DNA of 64,000 nucleotides from Octopus sinensis (taxonomy: Eukaryota), in contig NC_043015.1 of assembly GCF_006345805.1 (NCBI RefSeq), forward strand, positions 5,146,001 to 5,210,000, given 5' to 3'. This document shows positions 28,734-43,290 of this stretch, piece after piece. The translations under genes were made by a program, and so were the position numbers. The notes under the pieces are model-generated. The model ran no database searches. It was given only the letters and a program-made list of their open reading frames with translations, and was not told the origin of the DNA. Each line of letters starts with the position of its first letter. Position 1 is the stretch's first letter.

Positions 28734-28735
<2 letters not shown>
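28590..28735 (+). mobile_element. Short PLE-derived element (relative of 11415-11620)
   Basis: GAGGTAGCGAAAGCTCGAACCGTTAAAGAATTTTTCACTTCCCGAGCGTTAAGTTAATACA; ends at (TA)n. Confidence 0.5.
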
Positions 28736-28776
<41 letters not shown>

Positions 28777-28946
28777 ATATATATACTTATTTTGATTTGA
28801 AAACACCACTAGAATGGGAGAAAGCGCTAATGATCTAAGTGATATGATATATATGTAAAATATGTAATATATAAATAAATATCTGTAAATTTAAACCATC
28901 CGATCTTCTGATTACCTCATATCTTGTCACACACACACACACACAC

Positions 28947-29023
<77 letters not shown>

Positions 29024-29594
29024 TATATACATACATATACATATATGTGTATATATACACAGATATACATTTATATATATATATATATAATATGCGCAGG
29101 GTTGGTATGTCTAAATGTTATACCTGTGTACAAGAATTATCTCTTTGCTTTCTTTGGCGGCGAATAACAAGAACGATGCCCGAAATAGAACATTTCAATT
29201 GACATGAACTGTACTACGTGACCTCTACTCATTTCTCTATCGTTCTTTTTAACGTTATTGCTTCTGCTTATTTAATATCTGCTCCATTAAAGCCCTTTCC
29301 CTTATTTCAATTTTCTCTTTTAGTTTATTCTTTTTCATCTTTCTTTTCCTCCAGGAACCCAATATTATATTGCACTTCGGCCGGATTAGATTTTATTCCT
29401 TCTCCTTTCATCTATTTCTATACTTTTTTTTCTCGCCCTCTCCACAACTCTACTGCGCTAAATTCTTTCCTCTGCTAATATTTGTTTTTCTGATTTTACT
29501 GTCAGATTTTGACCATCCACCTTCGCATTTTTATTCTTCTTATTATTATTATAATCATTATCATTATTATTATTATTAATATTATTATTATTAA

Positions 29595-29629
<35 letters not shown>

Positions 29630-30551
29630 TACACATCCTCCTCCTCCTCCCCCCATTCACCTCCTCCTCTACTTCCTCCTCTATTCTCGCATTTTATGCT
29701 GTTCAGATTTATTGACCAATTAAACGTCCGTTTTAATATTTTTTTATTTACTTGATTCTCCTCCCTATCTATTCTCTTCTCTTCACCTTTCATTTCTCTT
29801 CCCTATCTTTTTCTTCCTTTTATGTATCTATATCTCCCACGCTAACTCATGGTTCTCTATCGCCCCTATCTATTTACCTAACAGATTTACTTAAAGACAG
29901 ATTCTCTAGAGAGCATCACGATAACATCTTATAAATTTTATATTTGAATTGTTTCAGTCACTGGCCCATGCAGGATCACCACCTTGAATAGATTTATGGA
30001 ACTATTCCCTTCTAGTATTTCCATCACATTATATTCTGCCGGTCGGATGTGTAAAGTTATGGTGAATGTGAGTGCGTATCACCAGCCATCTTCCACACGG
30101 ATATATATACTCTCTTATACACACGGACACGCACCTTCGTTTTGGGATCACCAGTAATTTATTATCTCCCCTTCTTCCTAGCTCTCCTGTATGACCATTC
30201 TCTCCGGCATTCGTCATGAAAGATCGCTAGCCACTACACATTCTTTATTTTCTCTCATCGTTTCTTGTGTGCGTGTATACGGAGGGAATGTTCTGGTGTG
30301 GGTATATGTATAATAGATATAGCCAGCGAGGCACAGACAAACGAAGCCATCTCTCAATCATAGATATGAAAATATGATTTTCCTTCTAACACCTGTTTCC
30401 TCTTAATTCTTCAGTATTACTGCGCACGAGCATTAAACACTTCACAACCCATGGCAATGTTACTTTGCACTTTTTGACATTTGCAATGAATACAGGCACT
30501 TATATACACATATACAAACGCGAAATTACTCCTATGTCAGTATATATAATA

Positions 30552-30596
<45 letters not shown>

Positions 30597-30880
30597 ATAT
30601 ATGTATATATATATACATATATACATATATACATATATACACATATATACATATATACATATATATTTCAAATCAGAATCACGTCTATGTATTGCATATT
30701 TTTTTTATATTGAAATTTTTATAATTTAATATTAAAAATACTCTTGTGTCCAGATGCCAATATGTCTCATTTTCAGTTATTAAATATGGATTAAATATAA
30801 TAAAATACATCTGCATATTTCTATATTACTCTATTGCTGATATTACACATTTGAATGTCAGAATTTCTGTTTTCACATCC

Positions 30881-30948
<68 letters not shown>

Positions 30949-31689
30949 TGAAGCATAAATAAATAACGATGTCTACACCAATAAAACTATCTACTAAGCG
31001 TTATACACATAAACACACATATACATGAGCGTGTGTGTACATGTATATATATATATATATAAACATACATAGATATATAAGTGTGTATATATGAATCTGT
31101 GTATGCATGTATTGATGTATATCTATATAAACGAAAGCTAGAGTGGTGAAGGAATAATTGAATTCATTGGCAACAAATATATCGGTATGTATAAATCTGT
31201 CTATATGGTGAGTTCTTAAGGGGAATATATGCTTATCTTTAATAAAACATAGCTACAATTATGTAAATTTGTATTTATTGTATATACATACATACGTGTA
31301 TGTGCATGCTTTAGTGTATGCAAGTGCGATTGCACGGAAGTGCGAAATATGAAACAGATTTCGGTGTGTGTATTGGATGGATAATCATTCGGAGGTAATA
31401 TTAATATATAACGGTATTACTAAGTTCATCCACCGAATTTAGCTGCAGATATTATAGCAAATATACAATTATATCGAAATATTTATCTTGTTTCTCGTTA
31501 CCATACACTTTCTCCTCTTTGTATTATACACATACACACACGCACATAGATATTCTGAGAGATAAATACATACATATGCCTAAATACATCTATATACATA
31601 CGCACACAAACATATATGTATGTATGTATTCATTAATATATATATAGTGTATATAAGTGATTGTGTATAATCATATGCATACTACATGT

Positions 31690-32335
<646 letters not shown>

Positions 32336-33689
32336 ATGCTATGTTTGCTACTGTGTCAGTATATTTAATGCCTATACATATATATGTATGGTTTCTATCA
32401 TATACTAGTTTTATTGAAGATTTATTTCCAAATTTTATTACTGCAGTCTGGCTGTCATTTGAAATGTTCTCTTCTTGTTACTTCTGACGTTTTTCTAATG
32501 ATATATTCTGGAACCATTTCAATTGGCACAGTCTTGTTGCGCTACACTGGAATTTGTAAAGAAATCATTTATTGAATCCGATAAGTTGATTCAGGAAAAA
32601 CGGTAAATATTCAATACAACCTTAGATTTGATGTTTTGTTGTGTTGTAGTTGTTTATAAAATAAGTAACTCCAATCGTTATATCACGTTCGACTGCTTTT
32701 AATACTGTAGGAATAACTAACAAGCAATTTAAGCTGCACATGTTCTATTTCTTTGTTAAAATCATGATCAATAGATTCAAACAAAACACAGCCCAAGATA
32801 ATAAGGTCTAATTGAACAGGATGGGTTAATCGATTAGACCGACACCATTGCTTTACTGGTATTTAATTTATTGACCAAGAATGATTAAATCTTATGACGA
32901 ACACGCCAGCATTTAATACGAAAAGTTTTAGGGAAACATGTCTATTAGTTCCAATTATTAGACTTCAATTATACTAACACAGACTGAAATCTATATGAAA
33001 ACGTGCATTGCAGTTTTGACTAAACTGTTTTTAAAGCAATATTTTGTCTGTGTATACTCCATACGCTGAGGTAGACAGAGGAATTCTAACGTTGCCGCTT
33101 TTACAGTACGAAAGAGTTGTGATAGAAAACACAGATGATGAATGTCATAGCAACTCTGTTCAGCTGAATATGTTGCCAGGATCAGTGCTAGCACAACATT
33201 CTCCGTTGAATTCCCAATTTCATTCAAGAAATTCTAGTGGTAATAAATGGAAATTTCGTTGCTATTTCTAACATCTCACAACTGAAGTGATGGTTCAGAG
33301 ATTCGAGCAAACGTCCTGAATAAATATAACTGAAAGTCTGATGGCGTTTTATGCCGTAACGCTGCTGATTCTACTCGTCTTGTACGGATGTATATAGTCG
33401 ATGACATTTCATTGAATTGAAAAATAATTGCCAGAGCATTGCACAAATATATGTCCTATTTCCTGCAATATTATGGTAGAAGGCATGTGCATGGCAAGGT
33501 TGTATTTCGAATTGCAATTGCAAAACAATCTTCAATTTTCTAAAGCATTTCCGTCTATTGTGTTTTATTCAGAAATTCTGGTCGCCCTTAGGCTATAAAC
33601 TGATAAGTCAGTTCAATAGCAGTGGGATCAAGCACGCCACGTTGAGTTTGCCAAAATATCTGTTTAAATATTAGGCGATAATAGCATGA

Positions 33690-33925
33690 CGTGGAGACCT
33701 GTGTCTTAGTGTTTAAGGTGTCAGCATCATGATCGTAACATTGTGGTTTCGATTCCTGGGCTGGGCGACGCGTTGTGTTCCTCAGCAAAACACGTCATTT
33801 CACGTTGCTCCAGTCCACTCAGCTAGCAAAAATGAGTAACGCTGCAATGGACTGGAGAACACATACGCCATTGAAACCAGGAAACCGGGCCCATGAACCT
33901 GGCTAGGCTTTAAAAGGGCACATTT
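33690..33925 (+). mobile_element. tRNA-derived SINE (family B-like core, different tail)
   Basis: Degenerate head, GGTTTCGATTCCTGGG B-box and core CATTTCACGTTGCTCCAGTCCACTCAGCT as at 2441. Confidence 0.75.
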
Positions 33926-34058
33926 ATTTTTTATTACATAGTATGATGTATTCTGCTATAACAAAGACGAAAAAGGTTATATTTGAACATTCAATAGCCA
34001 GCTGCTTCGATTGAAAAGGAAATTTAAGATTTCAGTTCAATATCTTGGCCCTCTTTTT

Positions 34059-34255
34059 AAGGCAGTGAGATGGCAGAATCATGGGCATGCCCGATGAAAT
34101 GCTTTATTTACATGTTTTCCCAGTTTCTCTTCTGAGTTCAAATACCGTCGTGACCGACTTACTTTTCTTACTATTACGCTCGATAAAATAAGTACCAGTT
34201 GAATTTTGAGGTCAATCCAAATGATTTAACCCTCCCCAAAATAGTTGGCGTTCTG
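34059..34255 (+). mobile_element. Diverged family-D-like SINE relic
   Basis: AAGGCAGTGAGATGGCAGAATC...TTCTGAGTTCAAATACCG...CGATAAAATAAGTACCAGTTG. Confidence 0.65.
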
Positions 34256-35020
34256 CCAAAATTCAAAACATATATTTTGGCACTATGTGTCGACGTTGAG
34301 TAAACAATTACGAAATGCATTGCATTGTTTTGTTGCAGTGTGTTATATTGTCTGCTCGACTGCGGCCGTAAACGATAATCCTTTTCAACGTTCCAAGATG
34401 GATAAAGAAAATCTATATTTACATTGTTATAGTTAAATATTTTTAGTAAAAATAAATATATATATTCTATATGAAATTATATAATATATTAATATATATA
34501 CACATGTATAACTGAATTTCTTGCTATAGAGTTCGAATGTTTTTGCTTTTCCTGTTACAACACAACAGAATTAAATCCTGTTTATTTTATCACACTGAGA
34601 GTATAACAATATTTAAGAAAATATGTAGGTATTTTTTACAGTAAATGCATTATACAGAGAATGTTACCAAACAAAAATATGCATATTTAATTTGAATTAA
34701 GAGTTGTACTTGTCTTATTTAAAGCCGCAACCTTCATGATATATTTTCGAACCCGTGCAGTTTTATTATTTGATTCTGAATTTCGTGCAACCTTCGACAA
34801 TCATCAGATATATCGTGTGCGCTTACCTTGTGTACATGAATCGCTTATACATGAATGTCGGATTTGTAGCTATTCTCTTTTATAAAAACAAATGTTCCTT
34901 GCAGTTCGCTACATACATATTGTTGAGTGATCTTTGTTTTGATTAAGCACATCACATACACGTACACCCCCACACACACGGATGCATGTGTGTGTGTGTA
35001 TGTTTGTGTGTATACCTGGA

Positions 35021-35403
35021 CGTGGAGGCGCAATGGCCCAGTGGTTAGGGCAGCGGACTCGCGCTCATAGTATCGCGGTTTCGATTCCCAGACCGGGCGT
35101 TGTGAGTGTTTATTGATCGAAAACACCTAAAGCTCCACGAGGCTCCGGCAGGATGGTGGTGCTCCCTGCTGTACTCTTTCACCACAACTTCCTCTCACTC
35201 TTACTTCCTGTTTCTGTTGTACCTGTATTTCAAAGGGCCGGCCTTGTCACTCTCTGTGTCACGCTGAATATCCCTGAGAACTACGTTAAGGGTACACGAG
35301 TCTGTCGAGTGCTCAGCCACTTACATATTAATTTCACGAGCAGGATGTTCCATTGATTCGGATCAACCGGAACCCTCGTCGTCGTAACCGACGGAGTGCT
35401 TCC
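35021..35403 (+). mobile_element. SINE family C, full length, with TSD
   Basis: Head as at 5088; flanked by ATACCTGGA(C) at 35012 and 35404. Confidence 0.92.
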
Positions 35404-36578
35404 ATACCTGGACACGAGCTTGTGTTTGTGTGCGTGTGTTTGCGAGTATGTTCAATTTTGTGTAGTAATTGTTACGATACTTCGGATTTTGCCAATTTCC
35501 TAGAACTATATTTTCTATATATACCTATTATATTTTTTATTTTTTAATATGTGAGATAGGATTTGATGGTATCTGGTTGAAATTCTCCATATTCGCTGCC
35601 CACATAATATTTATCTTATCGCCATGGAATAAGCATTGAGGAGAAAATTCATGCTTCGTTTGTATATAATTGGTTGCCGTCGGGAAGAAAGTTCAAGGCA
35701 GTGTTAACGGAATTTGATATTAGTTTTTAAAAGTACTGAAATTAAATTACCCGTATATCATTTAGTCTGTCACTAATTTTCCTTATGGCAAGAATTTTGT
35801 CACTTTGACAAAAGTCCAAAGTAACGCAGATGCACTCTGCTCATTGAAACTATTTTCATTATTTAGTTGTAAATATTTTATAAACCCTGTATGAGTGAAT
35901 GAATGACGCATATATTAATATAGAAAAAATCGTCTACTATTTTACTCCAAAAATCTTTCTGTCCATTGCACTATTAACATGAATAATGAGATTATGACAA
36001 AGGCGCTTCTTAAAAACTTTGTTGAACGCCACATGACAAGTATTTCAATGCAGTTTGTCAGTAGCTGTAATGATTCTGTCATGAAAGAAACTTGACAGTT
36101 AATATTATCAAATAATTTGCGTTTCACCTGTCAGCTTGGCATTAACAAATATGATATTTTGACACGACGAAATAGTTCAGTAGTTTGAAATAAATGAAGG
36201 ATTGGACAATATGCATTCAGTTCTTTATCGCAGAGCAATATCGCTGTTTGTAAATAAAAAAGCGTAGTTTGTATATCGAACTGAGCGTAATTTTTCTCAA
36301 GACCTAGCCTTATTTTTTAGTTGCACTCGTTCATATACTTGCCTCCCCCAAAATGCCTCATCGCAATCAGAAGTGCCGAAAGAATGATTTTCCCATCATT
36401 TGTATGAAATGGTTTCTGTTCTAACATCATATGACACCACATACATCTACGGGGTCGATGCAATAATTACCACAAAATTATGTTTGATTAGTTAACAAAT
36501 GCTGTCACAAGGTATTACTAATGTGCAGGTTAATGATGAAGATCAATAGCTTGTAGCTTTAAATAATGTGCTCATATG

Positions 36579-36623
<45 letters not shown>

Positions 36624-36646
36624 GGATATATGTATATGGATGTGTA

Positions 36647-36719
<73 letters not shown>

Positions 36720-37019
36720 TATTATTTGAGGGAATAAAATTAAAACTTACAAGGAAAAGAATTCAATTTAGAAATGCTAAATCAAATATCACACAATATA
36801 ATATATATATAAAATTAGAAAAGAACCACCTTTTATCAATTCAAAATGAACAATTAAATTACACCATCTAGAAAATTACATCTAATAGAAAAATTGAAAT
36901 TCAAAGAACAATAAAATGTCAAAGATTAAGTAAATTACAAAAAATAATAATAATAAATAATAAAGACGTAAATAATAAGTATTATATACGTTTTTATTAT
37001 TATTACACATTATTAAATA

Positions 37020-37305
37020 AGAAATTCTCGAAGATGGTCAAGAAGTAACTGAGACAGGGCACGATGCTTAGACCATCACTGGCGGCCGAGGCGATGAAAG
37101 CATTCGCCATCTCTACTCGAATTTTCAGGGACTTTTCTGGCTAAAACTCGCCAAACTGTTAGTCATCTCGACTCAGACCTTATCTACCTGCAGGTAGGGA
37201 TTGAACTAGACCTCGAGCAATTTGAATAGTTCTTCAGTCCAGCGTCCAATATGCCTTCTAACGACATCCATGTGCCCAGCCGGAAACCCGCCTAATTGTG
37301 AGCGT
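37020..37305 (-). mobile_element. Probable RTE-type LINE 3' relic
   Basis: Minus strand gives AGHM..RRHIGRWTEEL, resembling the W.GH..R...RWT motif near RTE ORF ends; GC-richer than the flanks; heavily decayed. Confidence 0.4.
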
Positions 37306-38071
37306 CTATAATGATGAAGATGAGGAAGGTGAGAAGGGGGTAGGCATATGCATGAGATTCAGTTATTGAGAATACATCTAGTTTAATCGCAGTACATAGA
37401 ATACATTAATGTCAAAATCAACAATCGTTTACTCTCATAACTCTCGCATATTGTGCGATTGCTGTCAGTAGGTTTATTCAATCATTAGTACAGAAAACGA
37501 AGAATCAATAGGTAAAGAACCTAAAATCTAAACCTTGATTTAGAGTTAAGAATTTAGACTGACGTGTTCTCCACGGCATAAGATATGAATATATTGAGAG
37601 TAGTGTGAATAATTTTGTTTAAAATTCATTCCGCTCCACCAGCAATATATTTGCCATTAATATCTGTCCGTTCCATACTTTAATGTGTATAAGAATAAAT
37701 GACGACCTGCTCTGATTTATACTATACTGGAAAGCTCAAATGTTTCAATACTGTCTTTTCTTGAGAATAGACCCAGCCGAGTGTAATAATGATCCATAAT
37801 GTAATTCCAAATTCTACTAGACATTTTACATATTTACATTTAAATGTAATAAAAGATTTTAGAGTGTGAGTTTGCTTCTTTACTTTTTTCTCACGTTTGA
37901 ATAAATAACTTTAAAATGCAATTTAGAATATGATAGAAGTTTGCGTGAATATGACATAGCAGAAAATAAAACTATACGTAGCATAATGTTGTTTCCTTGA
38001 ATAAGACAAAAATAGTAGTACATAAACAGCAAGAAATAACGGACTCAGCATCATTTCAATAAGAGATTTAA

Positions 38072-38913
38072 CCCTTTAATGGATTATCCCGAGTTTATTC
38101 GTGCATCGCAAATGTATCTTTTTAGAACCAGACGAGTATACTCGGTCAAAATTAACTTTAAATGTTAGCACTCAAACGAGTTTGTTTTGTATCGTTTCAT
38201 TTTTGAGCAATTACAAATTTACTGGCATTGTTTAAAAAAAAATATTTTTTTCATTTGATTGATTTGGCCATGTGGAATGCTTATGTTTTGTATAAAGCAT
38301 CTTTAGAAACATCAGCTTCTGCTATGAAACCACTGAAATTTAGAATGCAAATAATCACCAAGATTATTGAAAAATATAGGCCATTATTGCCTCCCACGAA
38401 ACCAGGAAGACCATCATCGATGCCACATCCAACAAGATTTGCCTCAGCTGGTCACTTTCCCATGGAAATAACACAAAGTGATAAGAAAAAGAACCCTACA
38501 AGACAGTGTGCAAAATGCGCAGAAAAGAGAGACGCTAAAGGAAAGAAGATTCGAATAGAAAACAGATACATGTGTAATGTCTGCAAGATAACTTTGTGTG
38601 TAACTCCTTGTTTTAAAAATTATCATTCTAAATAAACTGTCTATCTCATTAAAAAAAATTCCTCTGACTTAAAATCAATGAATCTTATAAAAAATCGAAG
38701 ATAGTTAAGTTAGATGTATCTTCTCTAATGTCTGAGTTAACTCGTTTAAATCCAAATGAGTAAAAGTACATTTTAATTTCTATGATAAAAAAATTAAGGA
38801 AACAAGATAAAAAAACTTTTTTGGTAATTAACACAGTGATTATAATTAAAAAAGGAAATAAAAATATGCTCTGAAAAGAAACGCCATGTCAAAATAATTC
38901 ATCCATTAAGGGG
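38072..38913 (+). mobile_element. Internally deleted piggyBac DNA transposon (842 bp)
   Basis: TTAA at 38068-38071 and 38914-38917; 13-bp TIRs CCCTTTAATGGAT / ATCCATTAAGGGG (1 mismatch); subterminal palindromes CGAGTATACTCG (38133) and GAGTTAACTC (38734). Confidence 0.92.
38228..38635 (+). pseudogene. C-terminal remnant of a piggyBac (PGBD4-like) transposase including the cysteine-rich domain
   Basis: KKYFFHLIDLAMWNAYVLY...KFRMQII...TRQCAKC...RYMCNVCKITLCVTPCFKNYH. The N-terminus and DDD catalytic core are absent and there is no upstream ATG. Confidence 0.88.
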
Positions 38914-40402
38914 TTAAATACTAGCGAAAAAGGTTTCAGTTGTAGCGAATGCTGAATATGCTCACATTGGTATTCGATTGGTGCATGTAGTTTTTTAACT
39001 CTAGAATAATGAAATGCAAACTTAGAGGGAAGCACGATTTGAAAGCAGTTTCAATTTCCGGACTCAAATACTGAACACTTTCCACTTCTTGCTAGTCCAG
39101 ATTCTTTTGGGAAATAAACTAAATATTGAAATATTCTATGTATTTAATATTTTCTCTGCTTCTATGTCGAACGTTGTATCTAATGTGATATATTGGGGGA
39201 ACTAATAGATTTCAACAATATATGAATTCTCGGCAACAAATAAAGCTAGTGCTATTCACAACCATCACTGACATTGAGGTTACATATTTTCTCAGCGTCA
39301 AGTGAAACTCTTTTCAAAAGATGATGCTGTTGCTTCGGATAGCAAAGAAGATTATGATGATTTTGATACTGACAATGATAATGATCGCCGTGATGATCAT
39401 GGTTATGTTGGCGACGGCAATTATGATGATACCAACGATGGTAATTCATACGGTGGAGATAAAAGTGCGAGTTATTAACGAATTCATTAAACGAAATCTA
39501 AACACACAATTGAATGGCAAAAATTGTTTCGCCAAAGTTATTTCGCAGAAGACAGGTAATTATTCAAATAAAGAACTACAGTGTAAGATTAATTTTAAAG
39601 TAAGATATACAAGAACAATAAAAGGAACATAATTTCCAAAATTTTATCTCTCATTGTGAGCATTCTGCTATAAGAAATTATTACTAAACTGTATGCGCAC
39701 AAGCCATTTACACTGGCTTAATACAACATATATTTAAATAATGAAATCTTAGCGTCTACATTTATATAAGCTTCCGAATAGATTACGCTTTATTATATCA
39801 GCAAATTACTTTAATTCAAATTTTGAGAACGAATTCTGAATAGTATTTCAGTTCTGGGAATATTAGAAAAACAAATCTTATTTATTTCATGGGCAGTTTT
39901 ATGAGGAAAAGGAGTGAGGTGAAGTCAAACAACTCCACCATCGAAGCATTCTATTGCAACTTTCATACATTTACAGTATTATGGAATATTAATCAATTTT
40001 CGCGGCTATATTATATACATATAAAAGTGGGAACTTGTCATGTACGAACGCACTTATTGTAGGGTACGAAATAAATTTCAATTATATGAGATTATCATAG
40101 ATAGTTATATTTCTAAAATATTCACAAATCATAACATTTTTGTTTACACGTAGACACACGCGTGCCTTGTTGCACACATATCTACATGTACACAGACACT
40201 GAAATACAGAGAAATATACATATATACATATAAATATATATATATATATATAGGTTTAAGTAATTGAGATTCAAGTGAATTCTAATGAATTCACATGAAT
40301 ATGGTCCTTAACTAGGATGCACCAGAAATCTATATGGTGTTAACCATACGACAAGTGGGGTGATTACAAATAGGAAAAAAGCAACAAGAATGGATTAAAA
40401 TA

Positions 40403-40486
40403 TCGGTACAATTGTTTCGTACGAGGACATCTTTAATAAGCTACAAAAAATGCAGTAAATATAGATGGCTCGTACTCATCGGCCGA
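40403..40486 (-). ncRNA. Type I hammerhead ribozyme with enlarged stem II (U4C core variant)
   Basis: Minus strand: UCGG CCGAUGA GUACGAG[~44 nt]CUCGUAC GAAA C-AAUU-G U A CCGA. Stem I 4 bp, stem II 7 bp perfect, palindromic CAAUUG stem III, GUA triplet. Confidence 0.75.
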
Positions 40487-41409
40487 AAAAACATCAGATA
40501 TTCCCAAACATCAAAAGGGGTAGATACAAATGAGGGTGTAAGTTTAACTGCATTGAAGAAAGTTTGATTCCTGGAGATCCCATGAAAGGTCTTGAACTTA
40601 CAGAATTTGTGCATGTCTATATATAGCTCATAGTGAATTGTTAATCAAGTTATGTGAAGAAATTTCGGATACAGTCATGCGAAATTTCTGAGAATCCGAA
40701 AAAGAAGCAAAGTGACAGTCATATCGTGTAGAGGAACAGATTGTTATTGAAATTTACAAGAATCACAGAGAGAAGAGGAAGGAAGTAGAATTTAGTCAGT
40801 TACTGCTATTAAATGCTATCAAAGAGAAGGGAACGGGAAGCTAATGGGAGGGACACAAGTTGATACTATAAGAAAAATCTAAGCTTATTTGGTGCAAAAT
40901 TCGAACTGAGGTCAACTAATTTATTTCTTTATTTATTAATGTTACTATTAATAGATTGTCAGGTTACAATGAGAGGTCAGTAGAAAGGAAAGAAAAAAAA
41001 GGAGTTGTTTTCTAATGAAACCAAACAATTATATTATTATTATATTATATTATATTATATTATAATATATTACAATAGGTTTGGGATTAGCAGAATTAAT
41101 TATTAGTGTAAAAGAAACAAAGAAGTTTAACTAACTAATTTTTTATAGGTAGGTGAAAGTGAAATAGACTAAGAAATAGAGATAAAAATAGAGCAAAATT
41201 TAAATTATCTATATAGTCTAATAGAAATAAATCAAATAACTTAAATCAATAAGTATTAAATAGTACAGTTAGAGAGAGAATATAATCATAGCTAGTTAGA
41301 TCGTATCTGTCTAGTTAAATATATAATATACTATGTAGGAGTAAAGTATAAATCAAAGTGATTTTATACAAAGTGATTTTAATATACAGTTGTCAATTAA
41401 AATATCATT

Positions 41410-43290
41410 TTAAATATTTAAGAGTCTTAGTTTAAGAGTCTTAGGTGCCGGGCATTTTGATTTAATTCTGAAGTTACATCTAGGGGAATTATAATTTGAA
41501 GTAGAATAACATGAGGATAGATGTCTCATACTACTGTTGCTCGAAGCAGTGCGGGTATATTTATCATGATTTTGGTTATTGCTGCTATCTAAAATAATGT
41601 TATCATTATTGTAGTTAATATTATTATCTAAAGTAGTATTATCATTTATTGGTATTCTTACATTTTCATTTGGCTCTAAAGCCCTACTTTCATTATTAAT
41701 ATTATTGGTGCTGTTATCTAAAATACTGTTATCATTATTGTAGTTAATGTTATTACCTAAAGTAGTATTATCATTTATCGGTATTCCTACACTATCATTT
41801 GGTTCTATAACCCTACTATCATCATTGATATTGTTGATGCTGTTAGTATTGTTGTCGGTATTGTTTTCTAAATGTGTAGTGTTGTTGCTGATAACATTGT
41901 TGTCCCCATTCACTGTACTTACATTCCTGGTATTATTCCTATTATTAATATAATCGTTCCTATTTATGTTATTATTATTGTTAACAATTCTATAGCTATT
42001 GGTTATATTTATTATATGGCATTCCTTATTATCATTGTTGCAATTATTACTTTCAGTAATGTTATTACAATTTTCAATTGTATTTTTATTGTTATTGTTT
42101 AATTTTTTTCTGGCTAGTTTTATGTTGTTATTATTGATCTTAGCTATTAAATTGGACATATTTGGGAGGGTTGAATAAGAAATTATGACTGTTTTCTTAG
42201 AAATAATTTTATGATATCTATGAGAGGATGGGAAAGTTTTTTCAAGAATTGTTTTGAATCTACTCTGAATATCTGATGAAACCGCACAGTTAAATGGGAT
42301 GTTTAGCCATATTATGTCTTTCTTATTAAATTTCTTAGAATTAGAGTTACGGCTGTTAGAATTGTTCCCACTAGAGTTAGGGTAGTTAGAATTGTTCCTA
42401 CTATCATCAGATTCTTTGTATTTATTAATGTTCCTATTTGCATGTTTATTAGTTTTATCCAAGTTTATTTTATCCTTATTACAAGTGTTCAGTACTATGT
42501 TTTTATTAATGTTCTTAATATCATTAGGCTACTTTGCCGTTGTAAATCTATTTCTACTATCATTTCTGGCTTGGTCATTATTGTTGTCTACGTTACTAAT
42601 TGTATGTTTCTTAATTTTATCTAAGATTGTCTTATCAGGGCTATCTATGTTATGGTCTATGTATTTATCTTTGTACTTATTATCATTACGATTAGATGTT
42701 GTATTAAATCTACCTCTACGTATCTTTTCGGCTTGATCGTTTTTGTTGTTTATGTGGTTATTGATATTTAAATTATTTAAATTATTATGAGTTTAAGTTT
42801 TCTATATCAATAAATGTAATTTTTTGGTTATATCCTGCTCTAGATAACGCCTCATTGTAATGTCTTGAGTGTGAGTTAAATATATCAAAATTAGACGATA
42901 ATTTGGATATTCTCATGGAAATACTTCTAACTAAGGAATTAATTATATTTGGGGGACGATTAGATAATTTACTTACGTAACTAGTGATTTCACCTTCTTT
43001 TCTAAATGGATAATGTAGTTTGGAGTTAAGGTCTAAAGTAATATCTAGAAAATTAGCTGTTTTAATGCCTGGTTCACATGTTATGCTAAGGTTGATATCT
43101 TTAAAAAACCTATTAATTTTCTTTTTGATTCTTTCTATGTGTGATTTATTATTGGTATGGACAACAAACAAAGCATCATCTCTATATAAACCACCTGCAA
43201 TTCAGGGATCTTCTTTTTTATGCATTTCATTAGATATGCTCCGACTAAGTTGGTTACCTCAGCCGAATCACTTGAGCCCATAGGAATATC
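41410..43290 (-). pseudogene. Neptune-PLE ORF remnant (RT + Asn-rich expanded linker; no GIY-YIG domain seen)
   Basis: Track ORFs 42785-43171 (RT thumb) and 41410-42462 (linker), separated by stops; the ORF ends just after the C..R.K..CP motif. Confidence 0.8.

Noticed and set aside
33044-33271. Overlapping plus (75 aa) and minus (78 aa) ORFs with possible splice sites
   Set aside because: No recognisable domain, weak donors, and no consistent partner exons.
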